The translations under genes and the position numbers were made by a program. 47,403 nt of DNA. Origin: Candidatus Parvarchaeota archaeon. Its GTDB lineage: Archaea > Nanobdellota > Nanobdellia > Parvarchaeales > Parvarchaeaceae. The stretch covers positions 1 to 47,403 of the forward strand of contig JAMCRO010000035.1 in the NCBI GenBank assembly GCA_023380615.1, given 5' to 3'. This document shows positions 18,784-28,569 of the stretch, one piece after another. The notes beneath the pieces are model-generated. The model saw nothing but the letters and a program-made list of their open reading frames with translations, searched no databases and was not told the origin of the DNA. Each line of letters opens with the position of its first letter. The first letter of the stretch is position 1.

Positions 18784-18820
18784 ACATAATAATTTAAATT
18801 ATGCTTACTTAAATCTATTC
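18784..18820. promoter_or_regulatory. 37-bp divergent promoter region with two TATA-like boxes (lig and sdhA), implying leaderless transcripts
   Basis: The palindrome AATTTAAATT (18791-18800) is centred about 25 nt from the sdhA ATG. TTACTTAAAT (18806-18815; TTTAAGTA on the minus strand) is centred about 26 nt from the lig ATG. Confidence 0.35.
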
Positions 18821-20545
18821 ATGCTTAATCAAAACTACAAAACTATAGATACAGATTTATTAATAATTGGAGCAGGCGGTTCTGGATTAAGAGCTGCAGT
18901 TGAAGCTCTAAATACTGGTGTAAATGTAACAATACTGTCTAAATCCCTGCTTGGAAAAGCTCACACAGTTATGGCAGAAGGGGGAATAGCCGCTTCTCTT
19001 GGGGATGTAGACCCTGAAGATAACTGGAAAGTGCACTTCAAAGATACGATGGTAGAAGGTGTCTACCTTTCAGACTGGAGATTAGTTGAAAAACTAGCAA
19101 AGGAAGCGCCAGATAGAGTATATGAACTTGAAAGGATGGGTGCACTGTTTGACAGAACGCCTGAGAAAAAGATAATGCAAAGAGCCTTTGGTGCACACAC
19201 TTATAGAAGGCTGTGCCATGTTGGTGACAAAACAGGATTAGAACTTTTGAGGACATTGGAAGATAAGATACTGCACAGTAGCAATGTAAAAGTAATGGAT
19301 GAAGTCTTTGTAACCAAATTAGTAAAAAAGAACGACAAAGTTATAGGGGTCATTGCTTTAGACATGAAAACAGGTGAATTTATCGCTATAAATTCAAAGT
19401 CCATTATTATCGCGGGCGGAGGTTGTGGCAGGATATATGAGGTTACATCAAACTCTTGGGAAAGCACTGGAGATGGGATAGCACTAGCATTTGATGCTGG
19501 CGCGGAAATGATGGATATGGAGATGATGCAGTTCCACCCCACAGGTATGGTATGGCCACCAGGGGTTAGAGGTTTGCTTGTAACAGAAGGTGTAAGAGGG
19601 GAGGGAGGTTTGTTGTATAATACTAAGGGAGAAAGGTTTATGTTAAGATATTCTCCACAGAAAAAAGAGCTAGATGCTAGAGATGTTGTTGCAAGATCTA
19701 TATACAATGAAATCCAAGAAGGAAGAGGCACAGAACATGGTGGTGTATTTCTTGATATCTCCTATAAGGGGAAGACCTTCATAATGAAAAAGCTCCCTGG
19801 AATGTATATGCAATTCAAGGAATTTGCAGGGGTTGACATAACAAAGGAAAAGATGGAAGTAGGACCTACAACGCATTATTATATGGGCGGGATAAAGGTA
19901 GACTCTGAAACAAACTCAACTAATATAAACGGTTTATTTGCGGTCGGAGAAGCCGCTGCTGGAGTACATGGTGCCAATAGATTGGGGGGAAATTCACTCG
20001 CAGATCTATTAGTATTCGGCAAGTATGTCGGAATAAATGCAGCCGCATACTCCAAAAAAGCAAATTTAGAGAAGATACCGGAAGAAACAATAAAAAACGA
20101 AATAAAGAGAATTGGAGAATTTATAAATCCCAACGGAACTAATCCGTATTCGCTTACAGAAAAACTCAGAAAAACAATGTCAGATAATGTGGGTATAGTA
20201 AGAAATGAACAAAGTATGCAAAAAGCCCTTTCAGTAATACTTGAAATAAAAAAAGAGTATAAAAACATAGGAGTCAGTGGCAACTTGCAGTACAACCCTG
20301 GATTACTGCAATGCCTAGAATTGCATAGCATGCTTGAAATATCAGAATTATTAGTAAGAGGAGCTATTATGAGAAAAGAAAGCAGGGGGGCTCACTACAG
20401 AAGTGACTTTCCAAAAAAAGACAAAAAATGGCTAAAAAATATTGTATTCAAAAAGGATGAAGATAAGGTAGAGAGTTATACTTTCTCTCCTCCAGAAATG
20501 CCGCCTTACCTTAAAGAGATATTACCAGAGGAAAAATATGAATAA
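18821..20545 (+). CDS. sdhA: Succinate dehydrogenase/fumarate reductase flavoprotein subunit
   Basis: FAD-binding DLLIIGAGGSGLRAA, covalent-FAD His region MQFHPTG, and RGAHYRSD near the C-terminus. Confidence 0.92.
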   Translation: MLNQNYKTIDTDLLIIGAGGSGLRAAVEALNTGVNVTILSKSLLGKAHTVMAEGGIAASLGDVDPEDNWKVHFKDTMVEGVYLSDWRLVEKLAKEAPDRVYELERMGALFDRTPEKKIMQRAFGAHTYRRLCHVGDKTGLELLRTLEDKILHSSNVKVMDEVFVTKLVKKNDKVIGVIALDMKTGEFIAINSKSIIIAGGGCGRIYEVTSNSWESTGDGIALAFDAGAEMMDMEMMQFHPTGMVWPPGVRGLLVTEGVRGEGGLLYNTKGERFMLRYSPQKKELDARDVVARSIYNEIQEGRGTEHGGVFLDISYKGKTFIMKKLPGMYMQFKEFAGVDITKEKMEVGPTTHYYMGGIKVDSETNSTNINGLFAVGEAAAGVHGANRLGGNSLADLLVFGKYVGINAAAYSKKANLEKIPEETIKNEIKRIGEFINPNGTNPYSLTEKLRKTMSDNVGIVRNEQSMQKALSVILEIKKEYKNIGVSGNLQYNPGLLQCLELHSMLEISELLVRGAIMRKESRGAHYRSDFPKKDKKWLKNIVFKKDEDKVESYTFSPPEMPPYLKEILPEEKYE

Positions 20546-21284
20546 GGAAATAAAACTAAACGTTTACAGATTTGATCCAAGCAAAGACAAAGAAGGGAAA
20601 TTCCAAGAATTCTCTGTGCCCGTTCAAGAAGGCATGGTAGTTTTGGACGCTGTGCATTACGTAGAAAACAATATAGATCCTACACTTGGAGTTAGATGGA
20701 ACTGCAAAGCTGCGAGATGTGGTTCATGCGCTGCAGAAATAAATGGAAGACCAAGTTTAATGTGCAAAACAAGAGTAGATTCACTTGGAGATAAAATACA
20801 TGTTGCGCCAATGAAAGCTTTTCCAATTATAAAAGATTTGGTAACTGATGTTTCAAGAAACTGGGATATAGCAAAAAAAATACCTGAATTTACTCCAAAA
20901 AAAGGGTTAAAAGAGCCTTGGTTGATAGACGAAATGGATGTAACAAGGTCAAGGGAGTTTAGGAACTGCATAGAATGTTTTCTCTGTCAGGATGTATGTC
21001 ATGTTATAAGAGAGCACGATAAGAATTATATAGGGCCTAGATTTATGGTAAAAGCTGCTTCATTGGACACGCACCCGTTGGACTCAGTAAACCGTTCAAA
21101 GTTCCTACACGAAGAAGGCGGTGCCGGTTATTGCAATATAACTAAGTGCTGTCAGGACGTTTGCCCTGAACACATAGCAATAACCGACAATGCAATAATT
21201 CCTGAAAAGGAAAGTATTGTTGACAGCTACTACGATCCAGTTACAATGCTGTTCAACAAGATAAGGAGAAAACATGAACAGTGA
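20538..21284 (+). CDS. sdhB: Succinate dehydrogenase/fumarate reductase iron-sulfur subunit
   Basis: 2Fe-2S motif CKAARCGSCA...C, plus CIECFLCQDVC and CNITKCCQDVCP cluster motifs. Overlaps sdhA by 8 nt. Confidence 0.9.
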   Translation: MNKEIKLNVYRFDPSKDKEGKFQEFSVPVQEGMVVLDAVHYVENNIDPTLGVRWNCKAARCGSCAAEINGRPSLMCKTRVDSLGDKIHVAPMKAFPIIKDLVTDVSRNWDIAKKIPEFTPKKGLKEPWLIDEMDVTRSREFRNCIECFLCQDVCHVIREHDKNYIGPRFMVKAASLDTHPLDSVNRSKFLHEEGGAGYCNITKCCQDVCPEHIAITDNAIIPEKESIVDSYYDPVTMLFNKIRRKHEQ

Positions 21285-21996
21285 AACAAACTTTTCAAGC
21301 ACAATAAAGAAAGCAATCCCCGAATTGTTAGAACCTAATTGGAGGTTATGGTCATTTCTGGCAATATTGATATTTGCTATAGTTGCTCTATTTGTTTTTC
21401 CCGTAAAAGAATACAAAGGACTGATAGACCCCTTTTATTCTCCAACAATATTGGTGGTTCCGGTAGTAGGATTGTTTAGACTGACATGCTATGCATACCG
21501 TAAAGATTATTACAGGAATATTTTCAACCATCCACAAAGTTGCAATGCTGATGTAAGGGGGGATTCTGCAAGCAGAGGTTATTCTGGAGAAACGACATTA
21601 TTTGCATTCAACAACCTACACAGGTATTTGCTATATGTAGGAATAATTCTGCTTCCATTTTTCTACTATGACTTTTATGTTTCAGTGACATACTTTGGGG
21701 GATTTGTGCTCAGATTTGCAAGTGTTCTTATTTTATTAAATGCAATCCTACTTACACTATGGGTTTTCTCATGCCATGCATTCAGACATGTTTTTGCTGG
21801 CGGCAACGTAAAATGTTATGACTGCGCATTAAACCCTAAGGCAAGAAAAGGCTTCTTTAATGTCCAGTCTATGCTGAATAAAAGACATGAAGACTGGGCT
21901 TTTATAAGTTTAGTAGTTATAGTACTGGTTGATTTGTACTTAAGAGCACTGGCAGCAGGTTGGCCGGTAGACTTTAGAATTTTGCAGGTGGTATAG
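21274..21996 (+). CDS. Putative SDH membrane anchor, non-canonical (multi-TM, conserved His/Cys)
   Basis: Overlaps the sdhB stop. Several TM helices. His/Cys-containing motifs RLTCYAYRKDYYRN, NNLHRY, SCHAFRH and KCYDC could bind haem or quinone. Assignment rests on operon position only. Confidence 0.5.
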   Translation: MNSETNFSSTIKKAIPELLEPNWRLWSFLAILIFAIVALFVFPVKEYKGLIDPFYSPTILVVPVVGLFRLTCYAYRKDYYRNIFNHPQSCNADVRGDSASRGYSGETTLFAFNNLHRYLLYVGIILLPFFYYDFYVSVTYFGGFVLRFASVLILLNAILLTLWVFSCHAFRHVFAGGNVKCYDCALNPKARKGFFNVQSMLNKRHEDWAFISLVVIVLVDLYLRALAAGWPVDFRILQVV

Positions 21997-21997
21997 T

Positions 21998-22171
21998 ATG
22001 CACTTCCCCGATAGATATAGGTATCCTTTGTTCTTCATCGGATTACTTTTAATGATAGTTTCGGCTTTTTTATACAAATATAATATTTTAACGCTGGAAG
22101 TAGAAGAAATATTGGTTGTGATAGGGACTGTGTTTTTTGTCTTCTCTATAGCTTCTGCCTTTATTAAGTAA
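21998..22171 (+). CDS. 57-aa two-TM membrane ORF, possible small SDH anchor subunit
   Basis: Not in the ORF track. The ATG lies 1 nt after the upstream TAG. Hand translation: MHFPDRYRYPLFFIGLLLMIVSAFLYKYNILTLEVEEILVVIGTVFFVFSIASAFIK. No family recognised. Confidence 0.3.
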   Translation: MHFPDRYRYPLFFIGLLLMIVSAFLYKYNILTLEVEEILVVIGTVFFVFSIASAFIK

Positions 22172-23363
22172 CCAATTCAGATTTTCTAGACTTCGGAAGC
22201 AAGGGAAGGAACATCATTGATATGAAAAGCACTATAGCCATGTAATACATACTAGTCTCAATGCTTGTAAAAGTCAAGAAATAAGTCATCAAAGCTATCC
22301 CAAATGCCCCTCCCAAGATATTTCCGATTCCCCATACTAAGCTATATGCAGTCGAATAATATTCCTTTGGCACTAACTGATATGTATAATCCAAAAGCAC
22401 TGAAAAGCCTGTAAATATAAGAAAAGCCAAAACTGCATAAGCAAATGTCAGAATTATAATATTTGTGGTAGCAAGAAACAATACAAAAGCAAAGAAGGAA
22501 AAGACAGAAGTCAATGTAATGGTAAACCTGCCGCCCCTTATAGTAGTTATATAACCAAAAAGTGGCTGGCCCAGGATTGCGGGTATGAAACTTATGGTAA
22601 GTATAACCCCCGTAAATGCAACCGACCCAGTAATCTTATCAAGATATTCTGCAATAAATGTTACTGTGCCCATTATAAATGCGCCTTTAAGAAAAATCGG
22701 GATCATCGCAGAGTAAAGATTTCTCTTTATATCTTTAGGTAAACTCCCCTTATTTCTAATTTTCTTATGCTTTTTAGAGGGCCTTGTAAAACCTGACATC
22801 CCAAAGTATATTATCATTGATAAAATCCAAACATAAACCGCAATAACTTCCATTCCCTTAAAACTCCCAAAAAACAGAAGCAGAAAAGTTATTACAGAAG
22901 GCATCAGCGCCCTACCTAGACTTCCAAATGCTCCATTTATTCCAAGAATTTTGCCTAAATCCCTGCTTTCGTAAACGAAAGAAAGCACAGAAGCGCCTAT
23001 TGGGTGGTAAAACGCCTGACCGGAACCCAAAGCTATAGAACCTAAAATAACAAAGACTATGTAATACCCAGTATAAATAAATCCGAAACCGAAGAAGAAT
23101 GCTGCTAGGCCTTCTAATGCTATGCCCAATGATAACAAAAGCCTGTCATTGTTTAACCTATCTGCAAACTCCCCTATAGGCAAGCTTATTACTCCATAAA
23201 GCACATTGTAGATTATTGCGTTTATTCCTAGAAAGGCAATGCTTACTCCAGGTAACTTGGAGAAAAATACGATAAGTATTGAAAAAAGCAGAAAATTGCC
23301 GTCATTGGCAAAATGCGTTAACGAAGTAAATAATAATGCCCTTTTTCTGCTGAAAGATTGCAT
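22164..23363 (-). CDS. Major facilitator superfamily transporter
   Basis: About 12 predicted TM helices, with an N-terminal LTHFANDGNF motif seen in some MFS subfamilies. Starts 11 nt after the citrate synthase stop, so likely the same operon. Confidence 0.8.
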   Translation of the reverse strand: MQSFSRKRALLFTSLTHFANDGNFLLFSILIVFFSKLPGVSIAFLGINAIIYNVLYGVISLPIGEFADRLNNDRLLLSLGIALEGLAAFFFGFGFIYTGYYIVFVILGSIALGSGQAFYHPIGASVLSFVYESRDLGKILGINGAFGSLGRALMPSVITFLLLFFGSFKGMEVIAVYVWILSMIIYFGMSGFTRPSKKHKKIRNKGSLPKDIKRNLYSAMIPIFLKGAFIMGTVTFIAEYLDKITGSVAFTGVILTISFIPAILGQPLFGYITTIRGGRFTITLTSVFSFFAFVLFLATTNIIILTFAYAVLAFLIFTGFSVLLDYTYQLVPKEYYSTAYSLVWGIGNILGGAFGIALMTYFLTFTSIETSMYYMAIVLFISMMFLPLLPKSRKSELVT

Positions 23364-23374
23364 ATGTAACGCAT

Positions 23375-24523
23375 TTACCTTTTTTCTATAGGTAAATACT
23401 CCAGATCTATTTTACCAATGTATTCTTCTAATGGCCTGAAAAGCTTGTTGCTTCTCCAGTATTCTATTACGTGAGAGCACCAGCCTACAGTTCTGCTGGA
23501 TGCAAAGACAGTATCAAACAATTCGGGTTTTATGTTAAGATGCATGTATAGCGGGCCGGAAAAGAAATCCACATTCGGCCAGATACCATGGCTTTTACCC
23601 AATCTATCTATCATCATTTTTTCCGCCCTTAGAGAGATTTCGATTAAACTGTTTATTTCCTCATTTGAATTGCCTTTTATTTTATCCAAATAAGATTTAA
23701 GGATTCTGGCCCTTGGGTCATAAGTTTTGTATACTCTGTGCCCGAATCCCATTATTTTCCTTTTTCCCGCCAGCGCTTCGTCTATGTAATTTTCAGTATT
23801 ATCGGGATTTCCTATCTCCTTCATCATTTTAACTGCAGCTTCGTCTGCACCCCCATGTAAAGGCCCTTTCAATGCTGCTACGCCCGCAGTAACGCCTGCG
23901 TATATGTCTGCTAAAGTAGAACAAGCAACCAAAGTTGCAAAGGTAGACGCATTTGAGCTATGCTCTGCGTGAAGAATAAACATTACATCCATTAACTTTT
24001 CAGAGTCTTTATCGGGTTTCTCACCCGTAAGCATGTAAAGAAAGTTTGCAGAGTGATTTAATGAATTATCAGGTTCTAATATCTCTTTTCCTTCCTTGAT
24101 TCTTCCTATAGCAGCTGCTATTGTAGCCGTCTTTGTTATTATCTTTATGGCTTTTTCTATATTTTCACTTTCGTTATCACTGTATGGTTTGCTGTCATCT
24201 GCAGAAAGAGAAGACATTGCCGTCCTTAGAACATCCAAAGTCTGCGATCCTTTGGAAAACTTACGGATTATGTCCTTAGTATTTTCAGGTATTGTCCTTT
24301 CTTCTTTCATCTTTTTAGTGAAATCAGAAAGTTCTTTTGAGTTTGGAAGTTTACTGTATAGCAGAAGATAACATACTTCTTCATAAGAGGAGTAATTTGC
24401 CAGATCTTCTATTTTATAACCTCTGTAATAAAGCTTGCCTTCCTGGCCATCAACTTTGCATATCTCGGATTTAGTAATGTAAACTCCCTGTAAACCATCT
24501 TTTATCTCAATGCCTTCTGTCAT
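23375..24523 (-). CDS. gltA: Citrate synthase
   Basis: GPLHGGA, MGFGHRVYKTYDPR and the C-terminal RP motif; about 380-aa archaeal/Gram-positive type. Confidence 0.92.
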   Translation of the reverse strand: MTEGIEIKDGLQGVYITKSEICKVDGQEGKLYYRGYKIEDLANYSSYEEVCYLLLYSKLPNSKELSDFTKKMKEERTIPENTKDIIRKFSKGSQTLDVLRTAMSSLSADDSKPYSDNESENIEKAIKIITKTATIAAAIGRIKEGKEILEPDNSLNHSANFLYMLTGEKPDKDSEKLMDVMFILHAEHSSNASTFATLVACSTLADIYAGVTAGVAALKGPLHGGADEAAVKMMKEIGNPDNTENYIDEALAGKRKIMGFGHRVYKTYDPRARILKSYLDKIKGNSNEEINSLIEISLRAEKMMIDRLGKSHGIWPNVDFFSGPLYMHLNIKPELFDTVFASSRTVGWCSHVIEYWRSNKLFRPLEEYIGKIDLEYLPIEKR

Positions 24524-24524
24524 T

Positions 24525-25448
24525 TTATACTTCCAAACCTTTTAACAAAGGCTCTATGTCAGTTAATGGATTCCCGTTCTCATCGGCTATCTTTTGTGAT
24601 ACTGGAGAAGGAATCTTCCTTGCCTGTAACCTGCTTTCGAATGTGTCTGGATCCTCATTTTGAAAGAAAATACCAGTATACATGTTATCAGGGTCTTCGC
24701 TGAGTAACATTTTTATTGCATTTAACTTCTTTTCATTAACCTCTTCCCTATTTGATGGGTCTTTAACATAACCGTCATAATCTTGTGGTAATTGCTTTAA
24801 ATGTGTGTTAAACCAAGGTGCCGATGTGAATTCCGGATTATATGTTGGGCAGCCTTGCATTATATCAACTAACGCCAATCCTTTGTGCTGTATTGCTTTT
24901 ACCATTATATCCGCAAGTTCATTGACCTTAAAACTCTGTGCCCTTGCAACAAAATTATATCCTGACATTATAGCAAGGGAAAGCGGACTCAATGCTCCAT
25001 TTATATTAGGAGCTGGCAGCGATTTTGTCTTTCTTCCTTCTGGTAAAGTAGGGCTTGCCTGCCCTTTTGTTAGAGAGTAAACGCCGTTGTCATGTATAAA
25101 AAGTTTGATGTCAGTATTCCTTCTTCCAGCGCTTATGAAATGCCCTACCCCTATGCCGTAAGTGTCACCATCACCACTATCCAATAAAACCGTTAATTCC
25201 GGATTTGCTAGTTTAATTCCTTCAGCAAATGGTATCGGCCTACCATGTAGAGTATGAACGCCGTTTACATTTACTAAATGAGGTAATTTGGAAGAACAGC
25301 CTATTCCGGAGACTATTACTGTCTTATGTGGGTCCAGACCTGCCTTAACTATTGCATTCTTGACTGCTAGTACAACCCCGCTGTCTCCACAACCCGGACA
25401 CCAGTCATTAAATTCATTAGAAGTCAAACTTTTAACATCAGTAACCAT
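24525..25448 (-). CDS. korB: 2-oxoacid:ferredoxin oxidoreductase, beta (TPP-binding) subunit
   Basis: WCPGCGD Fe-S/TPP motif and GDGDTYGIG TPP-binding motif. Overlaps the alpha subunit by 11 nt. Confidence 0.9.
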   Translation of the reverse strand: MVTDVKSLTSNEFNDWCPGCGDSGVVLAVKNAIVKAGLDPHKTVIVSGIGCSSKLPHLVNVNGVHTLHGRPIPFAEGIKLANPELTVLLDSGDGDTYGIGVGHFISAGRRNTDIKLFIHDNGVYSLTKGQASPTLPEGRKTKSLPAPNINGALSPLSLAIMSGYNFVARAQSFKVNELADIMVKAIQHKGLALVDIMQGCPTYNPEFTSAPWFNTHLKQLPQDYDGYVKDPSNREEVNEKKLNAIKMLLSEDPDNMYTGIFFQNEDPDTFESRLQARKIPSPVSQKIADENGNPLTDIEPLLKGLEV

Positions 25449-27288
25449 TTAGTATCACCTTGCTTTCGCCTTTTATTACTTTGTCGATTGCATCTCCAAC
25501 TTCATCATATCTCACAAGTCTTCCATTATACTTTAATATCTCATTTGGTATTACAAAGCCAGTAACTGAAGCTATATGCTGTTTTAACTGCGCTGAGATG
25601 TTCTCTTCTAAGACTGCCACTTTCTTTGCGCTCTTTAGAATGTCAAGTATTTCATTCGGCAAGGGATGTATTAATTTTATCTGAAGACCTGCAACATTCT
25701 TTCCATTTATTGCTTCTTTTAACGCTTCGGAAGGGCCTCCCCAAGTAACTACCAGAATGTCTGCAGTCTTTGGGTCTCCTATCAAAGTAAATTTATCTTC
25801 CTTTTTTATTTCCTTTAATATTTGGGCGTATTTCCCGTTTCTTTTTTCCATCATTTTTATCCTGTTGTTTGGATCTTCAGAAACGTGGCCCCATTCATCA
25901 TGTTCATCCCCCGTAAGCCAAAAAATTGCATTTGGATTGCCCGGAACTATTCTATCCGATATATTATCATCTGTAAATTTGAATCTCTTGTATTCGCCAT
26001 CAACTTTATCAATTAACTTGCCCCTATTAACTTTGTAATTTTTCTTTATATCAAGAATTGTGCTTTTGCTTATATTCATAGAACCTTGTGAGATTGCTTT
26101 TTCTCCAAGCACTATGACTGGAAGTTGGTACTGTTCTGCATAATTAAATGCATCTGCAGTCATTTTTATGCTGTCCTTTACATCTCCGGGTGCAATAATT
26201 ATCCTGCCAAAATCCCCATGGCCTTGATGAACTGCAAACATCAGATCACCTTGCTCGGTTCTTGTTGGCTGACCGGTTGCTGGTGCTCCTCTTTGATGAT
26301 CTACCAAAACTACCGGCACTTCATTCATTCCTGCCCAAGTAACCGTTTCTGACATCAATGAGAGACCTGGACCTGAGGTGGAAGTTGCAGCCCTTGCCCC
26401 TGCTATTGCTGCACCAGTAGCCATCGCCAGAACTGCCAACTCGCTTTCTGGTTGAACAACACGTATACCTAACTCTGGATGAGATTCTATAAACACGCTT
26501 TCATCACTAGCAGGGGTTATAGGATAGTAAATCTGCATTTTGCAGCCGGCTATTGCTTTACCTATAGCAGTAGAAGCAAATCCTTCCATGTAAAGCTGTT
26601 CCCCTTTATCCTTATTGTCAAGTTTTGCTATTGGAGCTATCCCTTTTGTTTTTATGTGATTTAAAGTCTCCATAGCAAGCGATTCATTCCTGCTTTTCAT
26701 ATACTCTATGGTTTCTTCTGAAACAGAAATATCTAAATCAATAACGCTTTTAGGCTTCTTCGCAAACTCTGTTTTTATTGCATCTACGGTATAGCTATCA
26801 TCTAACCCTAGAAGAAAACATGAAGCTGTAACACAAATAATATTTTTTGATATCACCAATTCACTAGTAGGTTTGTTTAACTTTTTTGCTACTTTGGTTA
26901 TTATTCCATCGAAATCTATATCCAATACATTTATGTCTTTTCTATTTATTTTGCTTTTATCAAGCTTACTATCTACAACCAAAGTTCCGTTCTCTTTAAT
27001 GTCTTTGATGTGGCCCTCCTGAACAACCTCTCCTCTTTCATTTACCTCACCTAGAACTGATTCTGTATCGAAGAATATTGCAAGGTCAACTTTGCTAGGT
27101 ATAGAAGAAACTTCCTTGTCAGATACCCTGACAGTGAAAAAACTATGCATTCCTTTTATGTTAGAGAAGTACTCTCTGTAACCATAAATATTATAGCCAT
27201 ACTTCATCATTACTCTTGAAAACAAGCCTAAAGATACATCTATACCACTGCCTTGTTTCCCGCCCGTCATCCAAGTTAATTCTGTCAT
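25438..27288 (-). CDS. korA: 2-oxoacid:ferredoxin oxidoreductase, fused gamma-alpha subunit
   Basis: 616 aa. N-terminal gamma-like domain (GGKQGSGID), then an alpha domain (YPITPASD, GAAIAGARAATSTSGPG). Two-subunit a/b architecture as in Sulfolobus-type OFOR. Confidence 0.9.
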   Translation of the reverse strand: MTELTWMTGGKQGSGIDVSLGLFSRVMMKYGYNIYGYREYFSNIKGMHSFFTVRVSDKEVSSIPSKVDLAIFFDTESVLGEVNERGEVVQEGHIKDIKENGTLVVDSKLDKSKINRKDINVLDIDFDGIITKVAKKLNKPTSELVISKNIICVTASCFLLGLDDSYTVDAIKTEFAKKPKSVIDLDISVSEETIEYMKSRNESLAMETLNHIKTKGIAPIAKLDNKDKGEQLYMEGFASTAIGKAIAGCKMQIYYPITPASDESVFIESHPELGIRVVQPESELAVLAMATGAAIAGARAATSTSGPGLSLMSETVTWAGMNEVPVVLVDHQRGAPATGQPTRTEQGDLMFAVHQGHGDFGRIIIAPGDVKDSIKMTADAFNYAEQYQLPVIVLGEKAISQGSMNISKSTILDIKKNYKVNRGKLIDKVDGEYKRFKFTDDNISDRIVPGNPNAIFWLTGDEHDEWGHVSEDPNNRIKMMEKRNGKYAQILKEIKKEDKFTLIGDPKTADILVVTWGGPSEALKEAINGKNVAGLQIKLIHPLPNEILDILKSAKKVAVLEENISAQLKQHIASVTGFVIPNEILKYNGRLVRYDEVGDAIDKVIKGESKVILNGY

Positions 27289-27618
27289 TTAAAGATTCTT
27301 CCCAAGCCATCCTTTAAGCTGATCGACTTGCATAGCTCCAACAACGCTTGCTTTTACTTTTCCACCCTCTATCAATAAAGTAGTTGGAATGGCTTCAACA
27401 CCATATTTTGCCGCTATCTCTTGATTTTCATCCACATTTATCTTTACAAGCTTAAATTTGTCCTTCATTTCTTCGGAGGTCTTCTCTATTATTGGAGAAT
27501 ACCACCTACATGGCATACACCAAGGGGCCCACAAATCTACAAGTACCGGCGTACTTGATTTAAGAACTTCTTTTTCAAATTGCTCTTCGCCATTTATATC
27601 TTCCATTTTAACCTCCAA
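27289..27618 (-). CDS. trxA: Thioredoxin with WCMPC active site
   Basis: VLVDLWAPWCMPCR active-site region and a cis-Pro region (EAIPT); 109 aa. Its stop codon abuts the korA start. Confidence 0.88.
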   Translation of the reverse strand: MEVKMEDINGEEQFEKEVLKSSTPVLVDLWAPWCMPCRWYSPIIEKTSEEMKDKFKLVKINVDENQEIAAKYGVEAIPTTLLIEGGKVKASVVGAMQVDQLKGWLGKNL

Positions 27619-27699
27619 TATATCTATTATATAAACAATAGATAGTTGTTTTTATTTATATTTAATATTTTGCATTTTTAAATATAATATGTACGATAT

Positions 27700-28569
27700 T
27701 CATCTTAGTTTTTTGACAATAAAGCTAGAAAGTTCACTAAAGGTTCTTGCAACCGGAACATTTGCCTTCTTAAATGCCGATAGCTTGCTTTTTGCAGTTC
27801 CGGTGTTACCTGATATGATAGCGCCTGCATGCCCCATCCTTTTCCCAGGCGGTGCATATATGCCATCTATAAATGCAAAAACTGGTTTTTTAACGTTCTT
27901 TCTTATAAAATCGGCTGCTTTTTCTTCCTCGCTTCCGCCTATCTCTCCAACTATAACTATACCTTTTGTCTGCTTATCTTCTTGAAATAATTTTAAAACG
28001 TCGATAAAGCCCATGCCAGGAACCTTATCTCCCCCCACCCCTAAAACAGTACTTTCCCCTAATCCTGTTTCAGTTATAACATTCACAATCTCATAAGTCA
28101 ATGTTCCACTTCTTGAAACTACCCCAATAACTCCTTTTTTAAGAATATTGTTTGGAATTATACCTAATTTTCCAATGCCGGGAGCTGCCAATCCAGGGCA
28201 ATTTGGTCCTATTATTTTTACGCCTTTTAACTTAGCGTATTCATTTATTTTAAGCATATCTTGAAACGGCACATGCTCTGTTATTATCGTAATTAATTTT
28301 ATACCTGCATCAATGGCTTCAATAACTGAATCCTTCGTCATTAAAGCAGGTACAAAAACCACTGAAGAATTTGCTCCAGTCTTTTTAACTGCTGTATCTA
28401 CATTATCAAACACTCTTACGCCATTTACTCTTTCACCACCTTTTCCAGGAGTAACGCCAGCAACTACTTTTGTTCCTAGATCTATCATTGCCTTTGAATG
28501 AAACCTTCCTTGATGACCAGTTATACCCTGAACCAACACTTTAGTGTCTTTATCAATTAGAATTGCCAT
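27700..28569 (-). CDS. sucD: Succinyl-CoA synthetase alpha subunit
   Basis: VLVQGITGHQG CoA-binding motif, SRSGTLTYE, and phosphohistidine loop MGHAGAII. Confidence 0.92.
   Translation of the reverse strand: MAILIDKDTKVLVQGITGHQGRFHSKAMIDLGTKVVAGVTPGKGGERVNGVRVFDNVDTAVKKTGANSSVVFVPALMTKDSVIEAIDAGIKLITIITEHVPFQDMLKINEYAKLKGVKIIGPNCPGLAAPGIGKLGIIPNNILKKGVIGVVSRSGTLTYEIVNVITETGLGESTVLGVGGDKVPGMGFIDVLKLFQEDKQTKGIVIVGEIGGSEEEKAADFIRKNVKKPVFAFIDGIYAPPGKRMGHAGAIISGNTGTAKSKLSAFKKANVPVARTFSELSSFIVKKLR

Noticed and set aside
19201-20331. 176-aa and 150-aa minus-strand ORFs (and smaller ones) inside sdhA
   Set aside because: They are antisense to an unambiguous sdhA reading frame, so they are shadow ORFs.
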